NCBI GenBank assembly: GCA_019694615.1
Contig: JAIBBP010000264.1
Coordinates: 958-64,957 of the forward strand
Direction of reading: 5' to 3'
Source of the DNA: Microthrixaceae bacterium
GTDB lineage: Bacteria; Actinomycetota; Acidimicrobiia; Acidimicrobiales; Microtrichaceae
DNA: 64,000 nt
Numbering within the stretch: the first letter of the stretch is position 1; every line of letters begins with the position of its first letter. Shown here one piece after another: positions 19,129 to 29,138 of the stretch. The translations under genes were made by a program, and so were the position numbers. The notes beneath the pieces are model-generated. The model saw only the letters and a list, made by a program, of their open reading frames with translations, was not told the DNA's origin and did not search any database.

Positions 19129-22100
19129 TCACAGCTCGACTCCTGGTGTGGTCGTGCTCGCCCGGTGCTGGACGATGTCGAGCCGGGCCGCTATCCGCGC
19201 TGCCGCTGCCCGGTCCGCTGCTGAGCCACCAGGCGGCGCCGATGGCGGAGTCTCGGTCGACCCGGCCCGAGGGGCCGACGTTGCTTGGTCGATCGGTGGC
19301 TCGGTCGTGGCAGCCAGCTGTTCCTCGACCTCCTGCTGGTGGCGGCGCAGGTCGACCAGCTCTTCGGTGCGGTCCCACGGCACACCGATCCGGGCCGCTG
19401 CTCGATCGGCCTCAGCCTTCGCGGAGCTGGCTTCCTGGTTCAGGTCGGCGATGGTATCCGGGAGTCGTTGCAGATGGCGCTCGAGGCGAGTGATCAGGCT
19501 GGCAGCGTCGTGCCGGGTGAGGTCTTTTGCGAGGTAGCTGACTTCGATGTGCGCGTCGGGGATGGCGACGCGGATTTCGTCCTCGATCGTGGTGATGGCT
19601 TGGGCGGTGACGGCCAGGCCGCCGAGGCGGCCGATCTCAGTTGTCGGTCCGGTGGTCTCGGGTGCCGTCTGGCCCAGGCGGCGTCGGAGCAGGCTCTGGA
19701 CATGTTCGCCGGCATCGACCCGCTTGGAGTGGGTGCGCCCGTCGATGGTCATGGCGAAGCGTTCGCCGCGGGTGTCGGTCACACGACCGACCACGGTCTG
19801 AAGGTCACCTGCACGGTGCTCGGCCTTCTCGGCGCGGAGTGTGGCGGTCTCGTAGGTGCGGCGGAGTCGGTGCTGGTCGTCGTGGTGGGCGCGTTCGAGC
19901 CGGGTGAGACGGGCGACGTCTGCGTCGACGGCGGCCTTCTCCAACACGAGGGGGTCGCCGGTGGCGAGCGCCTTCACCTCGGCGAAGGAGAGGGCTTGGT
20001 CGCCGATGTCGTCGACATCGCGGTCGGGCAGGTCGCCGCGGGTGACCTGGGCGATGAACGCGGCCTTCCTCTCCAGCGTCTGCCACATGTAGGTGTCGAA
20101 GCTGCCCTCGGTGACGTAGCGCAGCACGCGGACTTCCGGGTTCTGGTTGCCTTGTCGGAGGATTCGGCCGTCTCGTTGTTCGATGTCGGCGGGTCGCCAT
20201 GGCGCGTCGAGATGGTGCATGGCGATGGCGCGCGTCTGGACGTTGGTTCCGACACCCATGGTCTCGGTTGATCCGATCAGGACCGAGACGGTGCCGTCGC
20301 GACACGCGGCGAAGAGCTTGGCCTTGGCGACGTCGGTCTTGGCGTCTTGCATGTAGCGAATCGAGCCGTGGTCGACACCGCGGCGGACGAGCAGGGCGCG
20401 GAGCTCGTCGTAGGCGTTCCATCCGTCGGCGGCGGGGGTGGAGACGTCGCAGAACACGAGCTGGAGCGCGCCCGGGCGGAGGGTGAGCTGGTTGGTCTCG
20501 TCGGTGTAGCGATGGTCGCGGGTGGCGTGATGGATCGCGGCGATTCGCTGTGCGGCCACAGTCAGCTTGCCGCTGTCGGTCGGCGCGTCTTCGCCGACGA
20601 GTCGGAGGTCAAGCGCGGCCCGCCGGCCGTCGCCGGTGACCTTGAGCATGTTGTCCTCGCTCGGGTCGACTGCCCGATTGCGGATTCGTTCGGCACGCGA
20701 GGCAAGGTCGGCCACGTAGTCGACGAGGACGTCGCTGGGTTCCACGACGACGGTCTCGGCCTGGCCGCCGGCGAGCGATGGGACCGGAAGGTCGAGGTCC
20801 TCGTTCGTGCGGACGTCCGCGACTTGCCGGTAGAGGGTGAGCAACTCGGGGACGTTCTGGAACCGGGCGAACCGCGTCTGCATCCGGTAGGAGGCGCCGT
20901 CGGGTGCGAGCTCCAAGGCGGTGTGGGTGCGACCAAAGTTCGCCGCCCAGGCGTCGAAGGCGCGGAGGTCGACGCTGGCGAGGAGGTCGGGGTGGAGGTA
21001 GCTCTGCATGACCCACAGCTCTGCCATCGAGTTCGCCACCGGAGTGGCGGTCGCGAAGGTGACGACGCGAGGCCCGTGCAACCGACGGAGTGCCCACAGC
21101 TTGGAGTCGAGGTCCTGGGCGCGCTGGGAGCCTGTGTTGGCGACGCCGTCGATCGAGGAGTCGACGCGGCGGTTCTTGTAGGCGTGGGCTTCGTCGACGA
21201 AGAGATAGTCGATGCCGGTCTCCTCGAACCTGACGCCGTCGTCCTTGGTGTGCTCGGAGAGGAGCCGCTTGTAGGTCTCCTCCATCTGGGCGATGCGCCG
21301 CTCAAGCTTCTTGATCGAGAGTCCCTTGCCGTCCTTCGAGCCGTCGAGGGCGGTGCGAGCGGTGGCGATCTCTTCGCCGAGATAGTCGGTCATGAGGTCG
21401 CGGCCGAGAGGAAGCCGCGCAAACCCGGACTGGGTGAACACGATGCCGTCCCAGTCTCCGGTCGCGGCCCTGGCGACGAACTCCTTGCGTCGGGCTTTGG
21501 AGAGCCGATCTCGGTCGGCGACGAGGATGCGAGCGGTCGGGTAGAGCTGGAGCCACTCGCGGGAGAACTGGTCGAGCATGTGGTTCGGGACCACCACCGC
21601 GGGCTTGGACGCTGAGCCGAGTCGGCGTAGCTCCATCGCGGCCATGACCATCGTGGCGGTCTTGCCGGCGCCGACCGCGTGGGCCAGCAGGGCGCGGCCG
21701 TCGGTGAGGATGCGGGCGACCGCGGCGCGCTGGTGGTGGCGAGGGGTGAAGGTGCCGGCGAGGCCGGGCAGGGTCAGGTGGTCGCCGTCGTGGTTCGGGA
21801 GGACGGTCGAGGAGAACAGCTCGTTGTAGCGGCCAGAGAGACGGCTCGCGCGTTCGGGGTCCTCCCACACCCAGGTCGAGAACCTCGATGTGAGGGCCTC
21901 CTGCTTGTCACGGGCAGCCAGGGTCTCGGCGTCGTTGCGGACCCGCTTGCCGTCGTCGGTGACGTCAGTGACGGTGTGGAGCCGCTGGTTGAGCGCGGCA
22001 TCGAGGAGCGTGATCGCGTCGGCTCGGCCGGTGCCCCACTCCGAGGAGAGCGCGACGCTGCGGCGGCTGCCGTCGCGCAGCCGGGCTGACCAGTTGCCGA

Positions 22101-24165
22101 GCTGTGGAACGTGCTCGACATCGACGCTGGCGTCCAGCACTTCGCGGCAGAACTGTTCGATGTCATGGCTCCGTATCCACGGTGCGCCGAGCCGGGCGGT
22201 GATCTCGGTCGGTTCGAGCTGACGTGGGAGCACCCGCTCCAGCGCCGCGATGTTGGGCCGGTATCGACCATCGGGATCTTCGGTGGTGCGGCAGGCGTCG
22301 AGCTTGGTTCGGACGTTGCCCGACAGGTACTCCGACGCGGGGACGAGCCGGTTCGTGCCGGGCTCGTCGTAGACCAGTTCGCCGAGTTGCTCGCGAGCAT
22401 GGGCCGGGTCGGTGCCGAGGAGTTCCGCGACGCGGTCGACGGTGACCGTCCCGATCTCGTCGAGACACACCGCGACGGCTTCGTCGGAGCTGTCGACACC
22501 GTGTCGCTCGTGGGGTGGGTCGATGACCCGCCCATGGAAGATCGCCGCGGGTCGAGCTTGTTGGCTCTCTTCGTCGAACGCCTCCAGCGCCGCGACGAGC
22601 GGCCAGTCGGGATCTTCTCGAAAGCCGCCCATGCGCGGTCGAACCCGGCGCATGATGTCCTCGCCCGTGTCAGTGTTGCGGCGACCGGTGCGAGCCTCAC
22701 TGGACCGGTTGATCGGTCCGTAGACGCGCACATAGGTCCGGTACAGCTCACCGAGTACGCCTTGGGCAGCGTCGAGTCGTTCGTCGCTGCCGCCGTCGAT
22801 CTGCACCGCCAACACCCGGCGAGCAGCGTCACGCAGGCCGACGAGCCGTACCAGTTCGCTCTTGTCCTTCGCGACACGTGGCTTGTAGGTGACTGGGGTG
22901 CCGCCCTGGAGTTGGGCGACGTCGCCACGCTGGTTGACGACGAAGCTGCCGTCCTGAGCGTGCTCGAGGAAGAAGTCGCCTCGTGCTGCACGTCGCTCCG
23001 GGCGGTGTGCCTCGGCGTCGCGGCTGACAGCGACGTAGGTGAGGCCGCGCTCGGCCGCACCGGCGGCGAGGTCTGCGAGCGCGGCAGGGAGTTGCTCGTC
23101 AAGGTCTCCCGTCGGGGTGACGGTCAGCTCGTGGTCGCGATACATGCCCCGTGCCGCAGCGAGGTCGCCAAGGACGTGTTCGGGGTGGGCGAGGTAGTAC
23201 TCGTTGACCTCCAACGGAGCCGCGTCGGCGGCGGCCTCGATGGGCGCGGCGCCGACGCTCTCCCACGCTGGACCGGAGGCTTCGGCCCCCGGTGGACGGC
23301 GACGAAGGATCACCATGTCGACGACGACGTCGGTGCCCGACGAGCGGGCGAAGGCGCGCTCCGGCAGTCGGATCGCGCCGACGAGATCGGCCATCGAAGC
23401 CATCTCTCGGCGAGCTGCGGCGTTGCGGGCATCCAGGGTGTAGCGGGAGGTGAGCGCGACGACGAGCCCGCCAGGCCGGGTCAGGTGCAGCGACTTGATG
23501 AGGAAGTAGTTGTGCAGGGCGTGGCGTCCACGATTGTGTCGTGGGTCGTGCGGTGTGACCTTGGCGAAGGGCACGTTGCCGATCACCGTGTCGAACGCGC
23601 CGTCCTCGACACGCAACTCCTCGAACGCAGTGGCGTGGATGGTGGCCCGGGCTCCGTAGAGATGCTGAGCGATCTCGGCGGTGGTCTGATCGAGCTCGAC
23701 ACCGGTCACGCGCGCGCTGTCCGGTGCGAAGCCGATGAAGTTGCCCGACCCGCAGCCTGGCTCCAACACGCGCACCCCTTCCCCCGCGACTCCGAGTTGC
23801 TGGGCGGCGTGCCACATGGCCTTCACGACCGGAGCCGACGTGTAGTGGGCATTGAGCGTCGTTCGCCGGGCCTGCGCCCAGCCCGTCTCAGTGCGCAGTA
23901 GTTGCCGCAGCTCGGCGCGTTCGTCCGCGTAGCGATCGTCAGCGGTATCGAAGACCTGCGGGATCGCACCCCAACCCGACCAGCGGGCAAGGACTGCTTG
24001 CTCGTCGGGGGTCGCCCATCGCCCGCCCTCGTCTCGGCACCGATTGAGGACGGTGAGCGCGTCGAGATTCGCTCGCAGCTTCGCCCCTGCGCCCGCTGGG
24101 GCGAGGTCATCAGAGCTAGCCGGTCGGAACGGCTCCAGCCGGGCTGGAGGCGGGGATGGCTCGCT
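19129..24165 (-). CDS. giant N6-adenine DNA methyltransferase / SNF2-family helicase fusion
   Basis: SAM motif VLEPGCGSGNF, catalytic GNVPFA, helicase motif I AHAVGAGKTA, DEAH box FVDEAHAYKN, motif VI QRDGRILRQGN. The 5' end is unresolved (see findings), so the given start is only the first codon clear of the upstream gene. Confidence 0.8.
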   Translation of the reverse strand, partial: SEPSPPPARLEPFRPASSDDLAPAGAGAKLRANLDALTVLNRCRDEGGRWATPDEQAVLARWSGWGAIPQVFDTADDRYADERAELRQLLRTETGWAQARRTTLNAHYTSAPVVKAMWHAAQQLGVAGEGVRVLEPGCGSGNFIGFAPDSARVTGVELDQTTAEIAQHLYGARATIHATAFEELRVEDGAFDTVIGNVPFAKVTPHDPRHNRGRHALHNYFLIKSLHLTRPGGLVVALTSRYTLDARNAAARREMASMADLVGAIRLPERAFARSSGTDVVVDMVILRRRPPGAEASGPAWESVGAAPIEAAADAAPLEVNEYYLAHPEHVLGDLAAARGMYRDHELTVTPTGDLDEQLPAALADLAAGAAERGLTYVAVSRDAEAHRPERRAARGDFFLEHAQDGSFVVNQRGDVAQLQGGTPVTYKPRVAKDKSELVRLVGLRDAARRVLAVQIDGGSDERLDAAQGVLGELYRTYVRVYGPINRSSEARTGRRNTDTGEDIMRRVRPRMGGFREDPDWPLVAALEAFDEESQQARPAAIFHGRVIDPPHERHGVDSSDEAVAVCLDEIGTVTVDRVAELLGTDPAHAREQLGELVYDEPGTNRLVPASEYLSGNVRTKLDACRTTEDPDGRYRPNIAALERVLPRQLEPTEITARLGAPWIRSHDIEQFCREVLDASVDVEHVPQLGNWSARLRDGSRRSVALSSEWGTGRADAITLLDAALNQRLHTVTDVTDDGKRVRNDAETLAARDKQEALTSRFSTWVWEDPERASRLSGRYNELFSSTVLPNHDGDHLTLPGLAGTFTPRHHQRAAVARILTDGRALLAHAVGAGKTATMVMAAMELRRLGSASKPAVVVPNHMLDQFSREWLQLYPTARILVADRDRLSKARRKEFVARAATGDWDGIVFTQSGFARLPLGRDLMTDYLGEEIATARTALDGSKDGKGLSIKKLERRIAQMEETYKRLLSEHTKDDGVRFEETGIDYLFVDEAHAYKNRRVDSSIDGVANTGSQRAQDLDSKLWALRRLHGPRVVTFATATPVANSMAELWVMQSYLHPDLLASVDLRAFDAWAANFGRTHTALELAPDGASYRMQTRFARFQNVPELLTLYRQVADVRTNEDLDLPVPSLAGGQAETVVVEPSDVLVDYVADLASRAERIRNRAVDPSEDNMLKVTGDGRRAALDLRLVGEDAPTDSGKLTVAAQRIAAIHHATRDHRYTDETNQLTLRPGALQLVFCDVSTPAADGWNAYDELRALLVRRGVDHGSIRYMQDAKTDVAKAKLFAACRDGTVSVLIGSTETMGVGTNVQTRAIAMHHLDAPWRPADIEQRDGRILRQGNQNPEVRVLRYVTEGSFDTYMWQTLERKAAFIAQVTRGDLPDRDVDDIGDQALSFAEVKALATGDPLVLEKAAVDADVARLTRLERAHHDDQHRLRRTYETATLRAEKAEHRAGDLQTVVGRVTDTRGERFAMTIDGRTHSKRVDAGEHVQSLLRRRLGQTAPETTGPTTEIGRLGGLAVTAQAITTIEDEIRVAIPDAHIEVSYLAKDLTRHDAASLITRLERHLQRLPDTIADLNQEASSAKAEADRAAARIGVPWDRTEELVDLRRHQQEVEEQLAATTEPPIDQATSAPRAGSTETPPSAPPGGSAADRAAAARIAARLDIVQHRASTTTPGVEL

Positions 24166-24167
24166 GG

Positions 24168-24524
24168 CTACAGCGGGGTGTTGATCGCCTCGTTGATCTC
24201 CGCCAGATCCTGGTAGTGGCGGGCCAGGTCCGGCTCGTCGCTCCAGTCCTCGGTCTCCTCGGAGGGGTCCGGTTGGAGCAGCGGGTGGTCCGCCAGTGTC
24301 AGCTCCTCGGCCGTTGCCAACGCCTGGTAGCTGCGGAGCCGGTACTCCTCCGGCGTCTCGCCGGCCTTGGGCGGGCCGAGGATCTCGTCGCGCAGCTGGC
24401 TCACCGCCGCCGCGATCTGCTCCCCGGTCTCGGCGAAGAAGCCGGCGGGGTCCGGGATCTGCGAATAGGCGTCCGGCCGGTGCTTGCGGTTGTGGTCGAG
24501 CGCCATCTGACCGTATCGGTTCAT
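24168..24524 (-). CDS. conserved small hypothetical protein (118 aa)
   Basis: Strong AGGAGG 7 nt before the ATG and very high third-position GC. Overlaps the open N-terminal extension of the giant ORF in another frame. Confidence 0.7.
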   Translation of the reverse strand: MNRYGQMALDHNRKHRPDAYSQIPDPAGFFAETGEQIAAAVSQLRDEILGPPKAGETPEEYRLRSYQALATAEELTLADHPLLQPDPSEETEDWSDEPDLARHYQDLAEINEAINTPL

Positions 24525-24682
24525 GGGTCACCTCCTGGGTCGATGCCTCGTCGGCATCCTCGGGAGGGAGCGCTAGGTCGAACAGCGAGAGTTGTTCGGA
24601 GGGATTGCTGCGAGCGCTCCGAGCGCGTGCCATCACGCTACCCCCACCATCTCGCGGCCACCGAGCACCGACGGTGCCCGCA

Positions 24683-25006
24683 TCACAGTCCCCGGCCCTG
24701 CGCTTGGACCGCCTTGGGTGTCGCGTCGATCGACACGACACGACCCGGTGCCTGCAGAGCGGCCTCGGCGGCGCGGTTCCGCACCCACATCTCCTGCTGG
24801 CCATCGACTGCCAGGCGACGGAACCCCTCCCCCGCCAAGACTGCGCGGGTCGTGTCACCCGGCTCGTTGAGCACCATCACGATCTGGTGCTGCCGCGGGT
24901 CGAAGACGACCTCGACCTGGCGGCCTGCCCAAGTTCCCGCTGGCTCCGCGACCCATCCCACCGGAGCGAGCCGAGCGCGGTCGGTGGCCCGGAGGAACGG
25001 CTTCAT
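24683..25006 (-). CDS. hypothetical protein (107 aa)
   Basis: The start overlaps the coupling-protein stop (ATGA). Balanced amino-acid composition. Confidence 0.5.
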   Translation of the reverse strand: MKPFLRATDRARLAPVGWVAEPAGTWAGRQVEVVFDPRQHQIVMVLNEPGDTTRAVLAGEGFRRLAVDGQQEMWVRNRAAEAALQAPGRVVSIDATPKAVQAQGRGL

Positions 25007-26838
25007 GCCGTCCGCCCCTCTTCGCCGGCGGCCGTCGCGGCCCGCTTCGCCAGGTGCCGGTTGCGATAGAAGGGCCGCGTGCGCACGTGCGCTGGCGGCA
25101 GGGTGCCGTGCACCAGCAGCGCGTCACCGGGTCGCATCTGCCGCAGCACGTGCGCGGGGGCGAGGGGCACACGAGTGGTGGAGAACTGGTCCGAGCCGCC
25201 GCTGATCCGCTCGGCCGCCGAGTGGGATCGGGTGTCGACCTCGGCCTCGCCGAGCACACGATCGACGTATTGGATCGACGCCGGGTCCGACAGGCCCGCG
25301 TAGAACACCTTCGTCAGGTGGTTGGTGAGGATCGTGTCCGACGCCTTGCCGTAGGCGACCTCGATCTGCGCGAGCGACTGCCAGATCGTCACCAGCAACA
25401 CCCCGAGCCCGGCGAGGGTCGAGGCGTACTCCGGCAACGATCGCAGCGGCGTGTTCCCGGCCTCGTCGATCACCACCAGCAGCGGCGGGTCGAGGGCCTT
25501 CCCGGTGGCGGCGACGTGTCGGTACGCCTGGTTGATGAGGTCGTTGAGCAGCCCGCCGAACGCCGGGGCCAGACGGCGTTGGTCCTCGATCGGCGAGCAG
25601 AGATACACCGTGTTGGACCCCGACAGCAGCCACGGCAGGTCGACCCCGATGAATCCGCTCTTCGCGTTCTTGCCCTTCGGTGACCGCGCTGACGCGGCCA
25701 CACCGGGATCGGTCCAGGGCCAGATCACGGTCTGAGCTGTGGCGTAGATGGAAGAGCGAGTCCTCTCCTCCATCTCCCACACCGACACCAGGCCCTTGGC
25801 GACCTCGACCGCACCTCGGGAGACCGCTGCGTTGTTCGAGAGGTTCAACGAGTCGAGCGCGGCGCGGACCTCACCGGGGCCGAGCTCGCCAGGCCGGTCC
25901 TGGGTGAGCACCCACTCGCAGACCGCGTCCATGTCCCGATGGGCGTTGTGCGCAACGAACAGCAGGCCCGACAACAGGATCTCGGCCTGCGCCAACCAGA
26001 AGTCCATCCCGCCCTCGACGCCACCCCGAGGGGCGGCATCGCATAGCGCCCTCGCTGCCCGCTGCGCGCCCACGACGGTCCCGGCCTGTTGCAGAGGCGA
26101 CCACAGGGCCGAGGTGCCTTTCGGTGTGGTCGATGACGTTGGGTCGTAGACGCGAACGTCGCCGAGGGTTGAGCGCCACCCCTGTGTTGTGGACAGCAGG
26201 TCGGCCTTGACCGACGACAGCACCGCGGGACCGTCCCACTCGAGGATGCCCGCGACAGCAGCAGTGGTCTTGCCCGACCTGGACGGTCCGACCAGCGCCA
26301 CTGCACCGCGATCTCCCCGACGGGAGCGACGCGCCGACCTACCAGCTCGGCCCTGAGTTCGAGGCGGCGGCGACTCGGTGGCGACCAGGCGTCGGCCGAA
26401 GCGAGCAAGGATCAGCCGACCTGGCGTTGGACCCGACACAAGCAGCGGGTCAAGGTCTCGGCGCTTCGCGAACTTCGTCCTTCCATCGACGCCGAGGGGG
26501 CGACGCTTGGCGGTCCCCACCTTCGAACGGGTCAGCCACCGGACGACGAGCGCCACCGCGCCCCCGATGGCGATGGCCGCCAAGACGGTGCAGAGCCAGT
26601 AGAGCGGCGCACCCGGCAGGGCCTCGGCGTAGGGCTCGGCCCAGGCTTCAGCAGGCGCGCTCAAGTTCGCCGGAAGGCGCGGTGCAGCATCAGCAGCGGC
26701 GGCGAACGGCAGGTGCCCACCGCCCGAGACGGCGAGCGCCAGCCACGCGCCCGCCCACACCGCACCAACCAGCGCCAGCGCGATGCCGGCGACGATGATC
26801 ACGAGCAGCTCGAAGCCGCCGACACCTTCGCGTTCCAT
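25003..26838 (-). CDS. type IV coupling protein (VirD4/TraG/TraD family)
   Basis: Two N-terminal TM segments, Walker A GPSRSGKTT, Walker B LLVVIDEAGN. The ATG at 26838 is two codons inside the GTG used by the ORF track. Confidence 0.9.
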   Translation of the reverse strand: MEREGVGGFELLVIIVAGIALALVGAVWAGAWLALAVSGGGHLPFAAAADAAPRLPANLSAPAEAWAEPYAEALPGAPLYWLCTVLAAIAIGGAVALVVRWLTRSKVGTAKRRPLGVDGRTKFAKRRDLDPLLVSGPTPGRLILARFGRRLVATESPPPRTQGRAGRSARRSRRGDRGAVALVGPSRSGKTTAAVAGILEWDGPAVLSSVKADLLSTTQGWRSTLGDVRVYDPTSSTTPKGTSALWSPLQQAGTVVGAQRAARALCDAAPRGGVEGGMDFWLAQAEILLSGLLFVAHNAHRDMDAVCEWVLTQDRPGELGPGEVRAALDSLNLSNNAAVSRGAVEVAKGLVSVWEMEERTRSSIYATAQTVIWPWTDPGVAASARSPKGKNAKSGFIGVDLPWLLSGSNTVYLCSPIEDQRRLAPAFGGLLNDLINQAYRHVAATGKALDPPLLVVIDEAGNTPLRSLPEYASTLAGLGVLLVTIWQSLAQIEVAYGKASDTILTNHLTKVFYAGLSDPASIQYVDRVLGEAEVDTRSHSAAERISGGSDQFSTTRVPLAPAHVLRQMRPGDALLVHGTLPPAHVRTRPFYRNRHLAKRAATAAGEEGRTA

Positions 26839-26844
26839 ACCCAC

Positions 26845-26860
26845 GTAGGCCCCTCGGCGA
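26845..26860 (-). promoter_or_regulatory. conserved motif TCGCCGAGGGGCCTAC-N6-ATG (instance A)
   Basis: Read on the minus strand, the motif ends 6 nt before the coupling-protein ATG. The same motif and spacing occur at 36149-36157 and 49896-49910. Confidence 0.45.
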
Positions 26861-26972
26861 GGCGAAACTTCGCGGGCGAGATCAGCCGTTGTGGATGAGT
26901 GTCATGAGGACGAATCGCGCGGCGCCTACCGCTGTCGGCCCGTGCGGAGGGGCTTGTCCGGCGCCGGGACTA

Positions 26973-27671
26973 TCAGAGGCGCCGAGCCCCGTAGACGTCG
27001 ATCACCTTCTGGCGTGAGCTGGCGTCCCTCAGGAGTGAGCTCGTTTCGAGCAGCGCCCGTCCCAAGTCCTTCATGGCCAAGGTGATGCTTGGCACCACCA
27101 ACATCAGCGGGCCCATCGTTCCCAGCGGCGGGCGATGGTCTAGCGCGGCGTATGCCCCGTCGGAGGGGAGAGCGTCGAGGTAACCGGGTACGTCGGCGAA
27201 CACGTACGGACCGTGGTGATGGCTGACGTGAAACGGGCGCCCGGCGCGTAGTGAAGAGCTGCGGTGCTTCCAGGTGTGGTTGATGAACGCCATCAGCGGC
27301 TCAGTTGTTGAGAGCTTGCGCTTGGTCGGCTTCCCAGTCTTCGCGGCGCCTCCGATGATGCGGAGGTCGGCGACGAGCTCCTCCCAGAGCAGGAACACGA
27401 TGCCGTAGTAGCGGAAGACCATCTCTGCTTCGTCGCTGTCGTCGGTCCAAGCCGTGAGTTCCACGTGATCGCACCAGGTGCCGAACCGGAGGAGGTCATC
27501 AAGGGCCTGCAGGTGGGAGAGCACGTTGCAGTACGGGGCGACATGTGACGCCTCGCGGTATTGCTGCCAGACACACGGACGCCACTGACCGACGCGGGTT
27601 CTCGACCAACGGTCGAGCTCCGAGACCGCATTCTCTCGGATCGCCTCGAAGCAGACAGGCTCGTCCCTCAT
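26973..27671 (-). CDS. hypothetical protein (232 aa), no recognisable family
   Basis: Clean ORF with Cys/His/Trp-rich N-terminal half. Has visibly more A/T-ending codons than its neighbours. Confidence 0.55.
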   Translation of the reverse strand: MRDEPVCFEAIRENAVSELDRWSRTRVGQWRPCVWQQYREASHVAPYCNVLSHLQALDDLLRFGTWCDHVELTAWTDDSDEAEMVFRYYGIVFLLWEELVADLRIIGGAAKTGKPTKRKLSTTEPLMAFINHTWKHRSSSLRAGRPFHVSHHHGPYVFADVPGYLDALPSDGAYAALDHRPPLGTMGPLMLVVPSITLAMKDLGRALLETSSLLRDASSRQKVIDVYGARRL

Positions 27672-27761
27672 CCGACTTGAGGCTAGGTGCGCACGAGGCG
27701 CTCAGCGGTCCCGGTTCCGGCGTCGTGCCACGACGCTGGAGCCGCGCCAGTCGCCGGTTCG

Positions 27762-27787
27762 GGGTAGGCCCGCAGCCGGGCCTACCC
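27762..27787. terminator. stem-loop GGGTAGGCCCG-CAGC-CGGGCCTACCC
   Basis: Perfect 11-bp stem located 55 nt downstream of the Shedu-like gene stop. It also contains the GGGCCTAC core in both orientations. Confidence 0.4.
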
Positions 27788-27842
27788 AGCCCCTCGATCG
27801 GGCGTCGTCACCCCTGATTTCTTCCCGTGGCCGCGCGCCGAC

Positions 27843-29108
27843 TCAGTCGGCGAGGAACTCGAGGTCGGGCTGCAAGCGAGCGTCGCGTTGGAACAGCGCC
27901 GCGTTGGCCGCTGGAACCCCTTGGAACGTGATGGCAGCACGGAGCCTGTTGAGGAAACGGTCGTAGGTCATGACCTCCACACGACTCTCCACTGCGATGG
28001 TCTGCCTAACCGCACTGGCGTTCTCGTTCAGGAGGTGCTCGCGTCCGACGATGAGGTAACCGTCAGCACGAGGACTGATGTCGTACAGACCAAGTCCGCC
28101 GGCCGACCGCGGGGATTGGGCCTTGTGCAGGTTGCGTTCGAGCCACGTACGCCAGTCCTGGATCTGAGCGAGCCCGATCCGTGCGTGTTTCTCCAGAAGG
28201 TTCTGCGACTTGACCGTTGTCGAAGATCGAGGCGTTTCAATCTCGACAAGCACCCAGCGGACGCCGTTGGAATCGGCGTCAGCAACGACGAAGTCGGGTA
28301 CGTACTCGTCGCCGAGCCGGGGCTGGCCAACGACATACCGATCGGGTCCTCGGACGAGCGACGCCAGCAGTTCTGGATGGCCCTCCAAGAACGCCTGGAT
28401 CGGCTTCTCGTCCTTCGCGGTTTCAATGGTGAGTTCAAGTTCATCGACTTGGTCGATCGTTGCTCCCACAGGGGTGTGGAAAGGCGCGAGGTCTCTGTGC
28501 TTCGCCAGGGACCACGTTCGTCCCGGCCGGCCGATCGAACGATTGAGGGCCGCCTGCCTCTTCGCCTCCGCGTTCACGCCCTGCCTTGAGGCTCGTAAGG
28601 CCATCTCGATGAGGTCGGGGTAGGCCCATCGCCCTCGCCCGTGAAACCACACGCGTCCGTGTCGGTCGACCGAGCTGACCATCTCCAGCCAGTCGTCGCC
28701 TCGGTCAGGTCGTCGGACAAGGTCGCCTGGTTCAGGCTTCAGCCGCTTCAGGTTCGCTGATCGGCGGCGCATCAGGAAGTACGACACCCACGCATGCAGT
28801 TCCTCGGCCGATCGCGGGGATGGGGTCTTCCGGCCGGAGGCACTGGCGAGATCTTCGAGCCATTCAAGTGCGCCATCCCCCTTGATCGGGCGAGGCTGCG
28901 TCTGCAGAGACTCTCCGAGCGCGTCTCGCAGGCGCGCCGCTGCCACCACGAAGGGGAGACCCCTCAACGACACGCCAGCAATCGCCGCAAGCTTCTGCTG
29001 CTCGGGTGTTGCGGTGCCGATGGCGCGATCGAGGTTCTGCACTGCCGCGAGCCAGGTCCCACCCGTCATGCCAAGACCATACGAGGCAGCAACGCCTTGG
29101 CTCTTCAC
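27843..29108 (-). CDS. Shedu-like (DUF4263-like) PD-(D/E)xK-fold protein
   Basis: The C-terminal half has IQAFLEGHPELL ... YVPDFVVAD ... WVLVEIETP ... AQIQDWRTWLERN, which parallels the SduA/DUF4263 core as I recall it. The expected E-x-K reads E-I-E-T. Confidence 0.5.
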   Translation of the reverse strand: MKSQGVAASYGLGMTGGTWLAAVQNLDRAIGTATPEQQKLAAIAGVSLRGLPFVVAAARLRDALGESLQTQPRPIKGDGALEWLEDLASASGRKTPSPRSAEELHAWVSYFLMRRRSANLKRLKPEPGDLVRRPDRGDDWLEMVSSVDRHGRVWFHGRGRWAYPDLIEMALRASRQGVNAEAKRQAALNRSIGRPGRTWSLAKHRDLAPFHTPVGATIDQVDELELTIETAKDEKPIQAFLEGHPELLASLVRGPDRYVVGQPRLGDEYVPDFVVADADSNGVRWVLVEIETPRSSTTVKSQNLLEKHARIGLAQIQDWRTWLERNLHKAQSPRSAGGLGLYDISPRADGYLIVGREHLLNENASAVRQTIAVESRVEVMTYDRFLNRLRAAITFQGVPAANAALFQRDARLQPDLEFLAD

Positions 29109-29138
29109 GGTTCAGTGAGCCGGGCGTAGCATCAAGCT

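Noticed and set aside
24525-24858. N-terminal extension of the giant ORF, including the ATG at 24633 (MARARS ... SEQLSLFDL).
   Set aside because: Third-position GC is clearly lower than in confirmed genes, and the extension would run across the well-supported 118-aa gene in another frame. It is kept as an open question in the findings rather than annotated.
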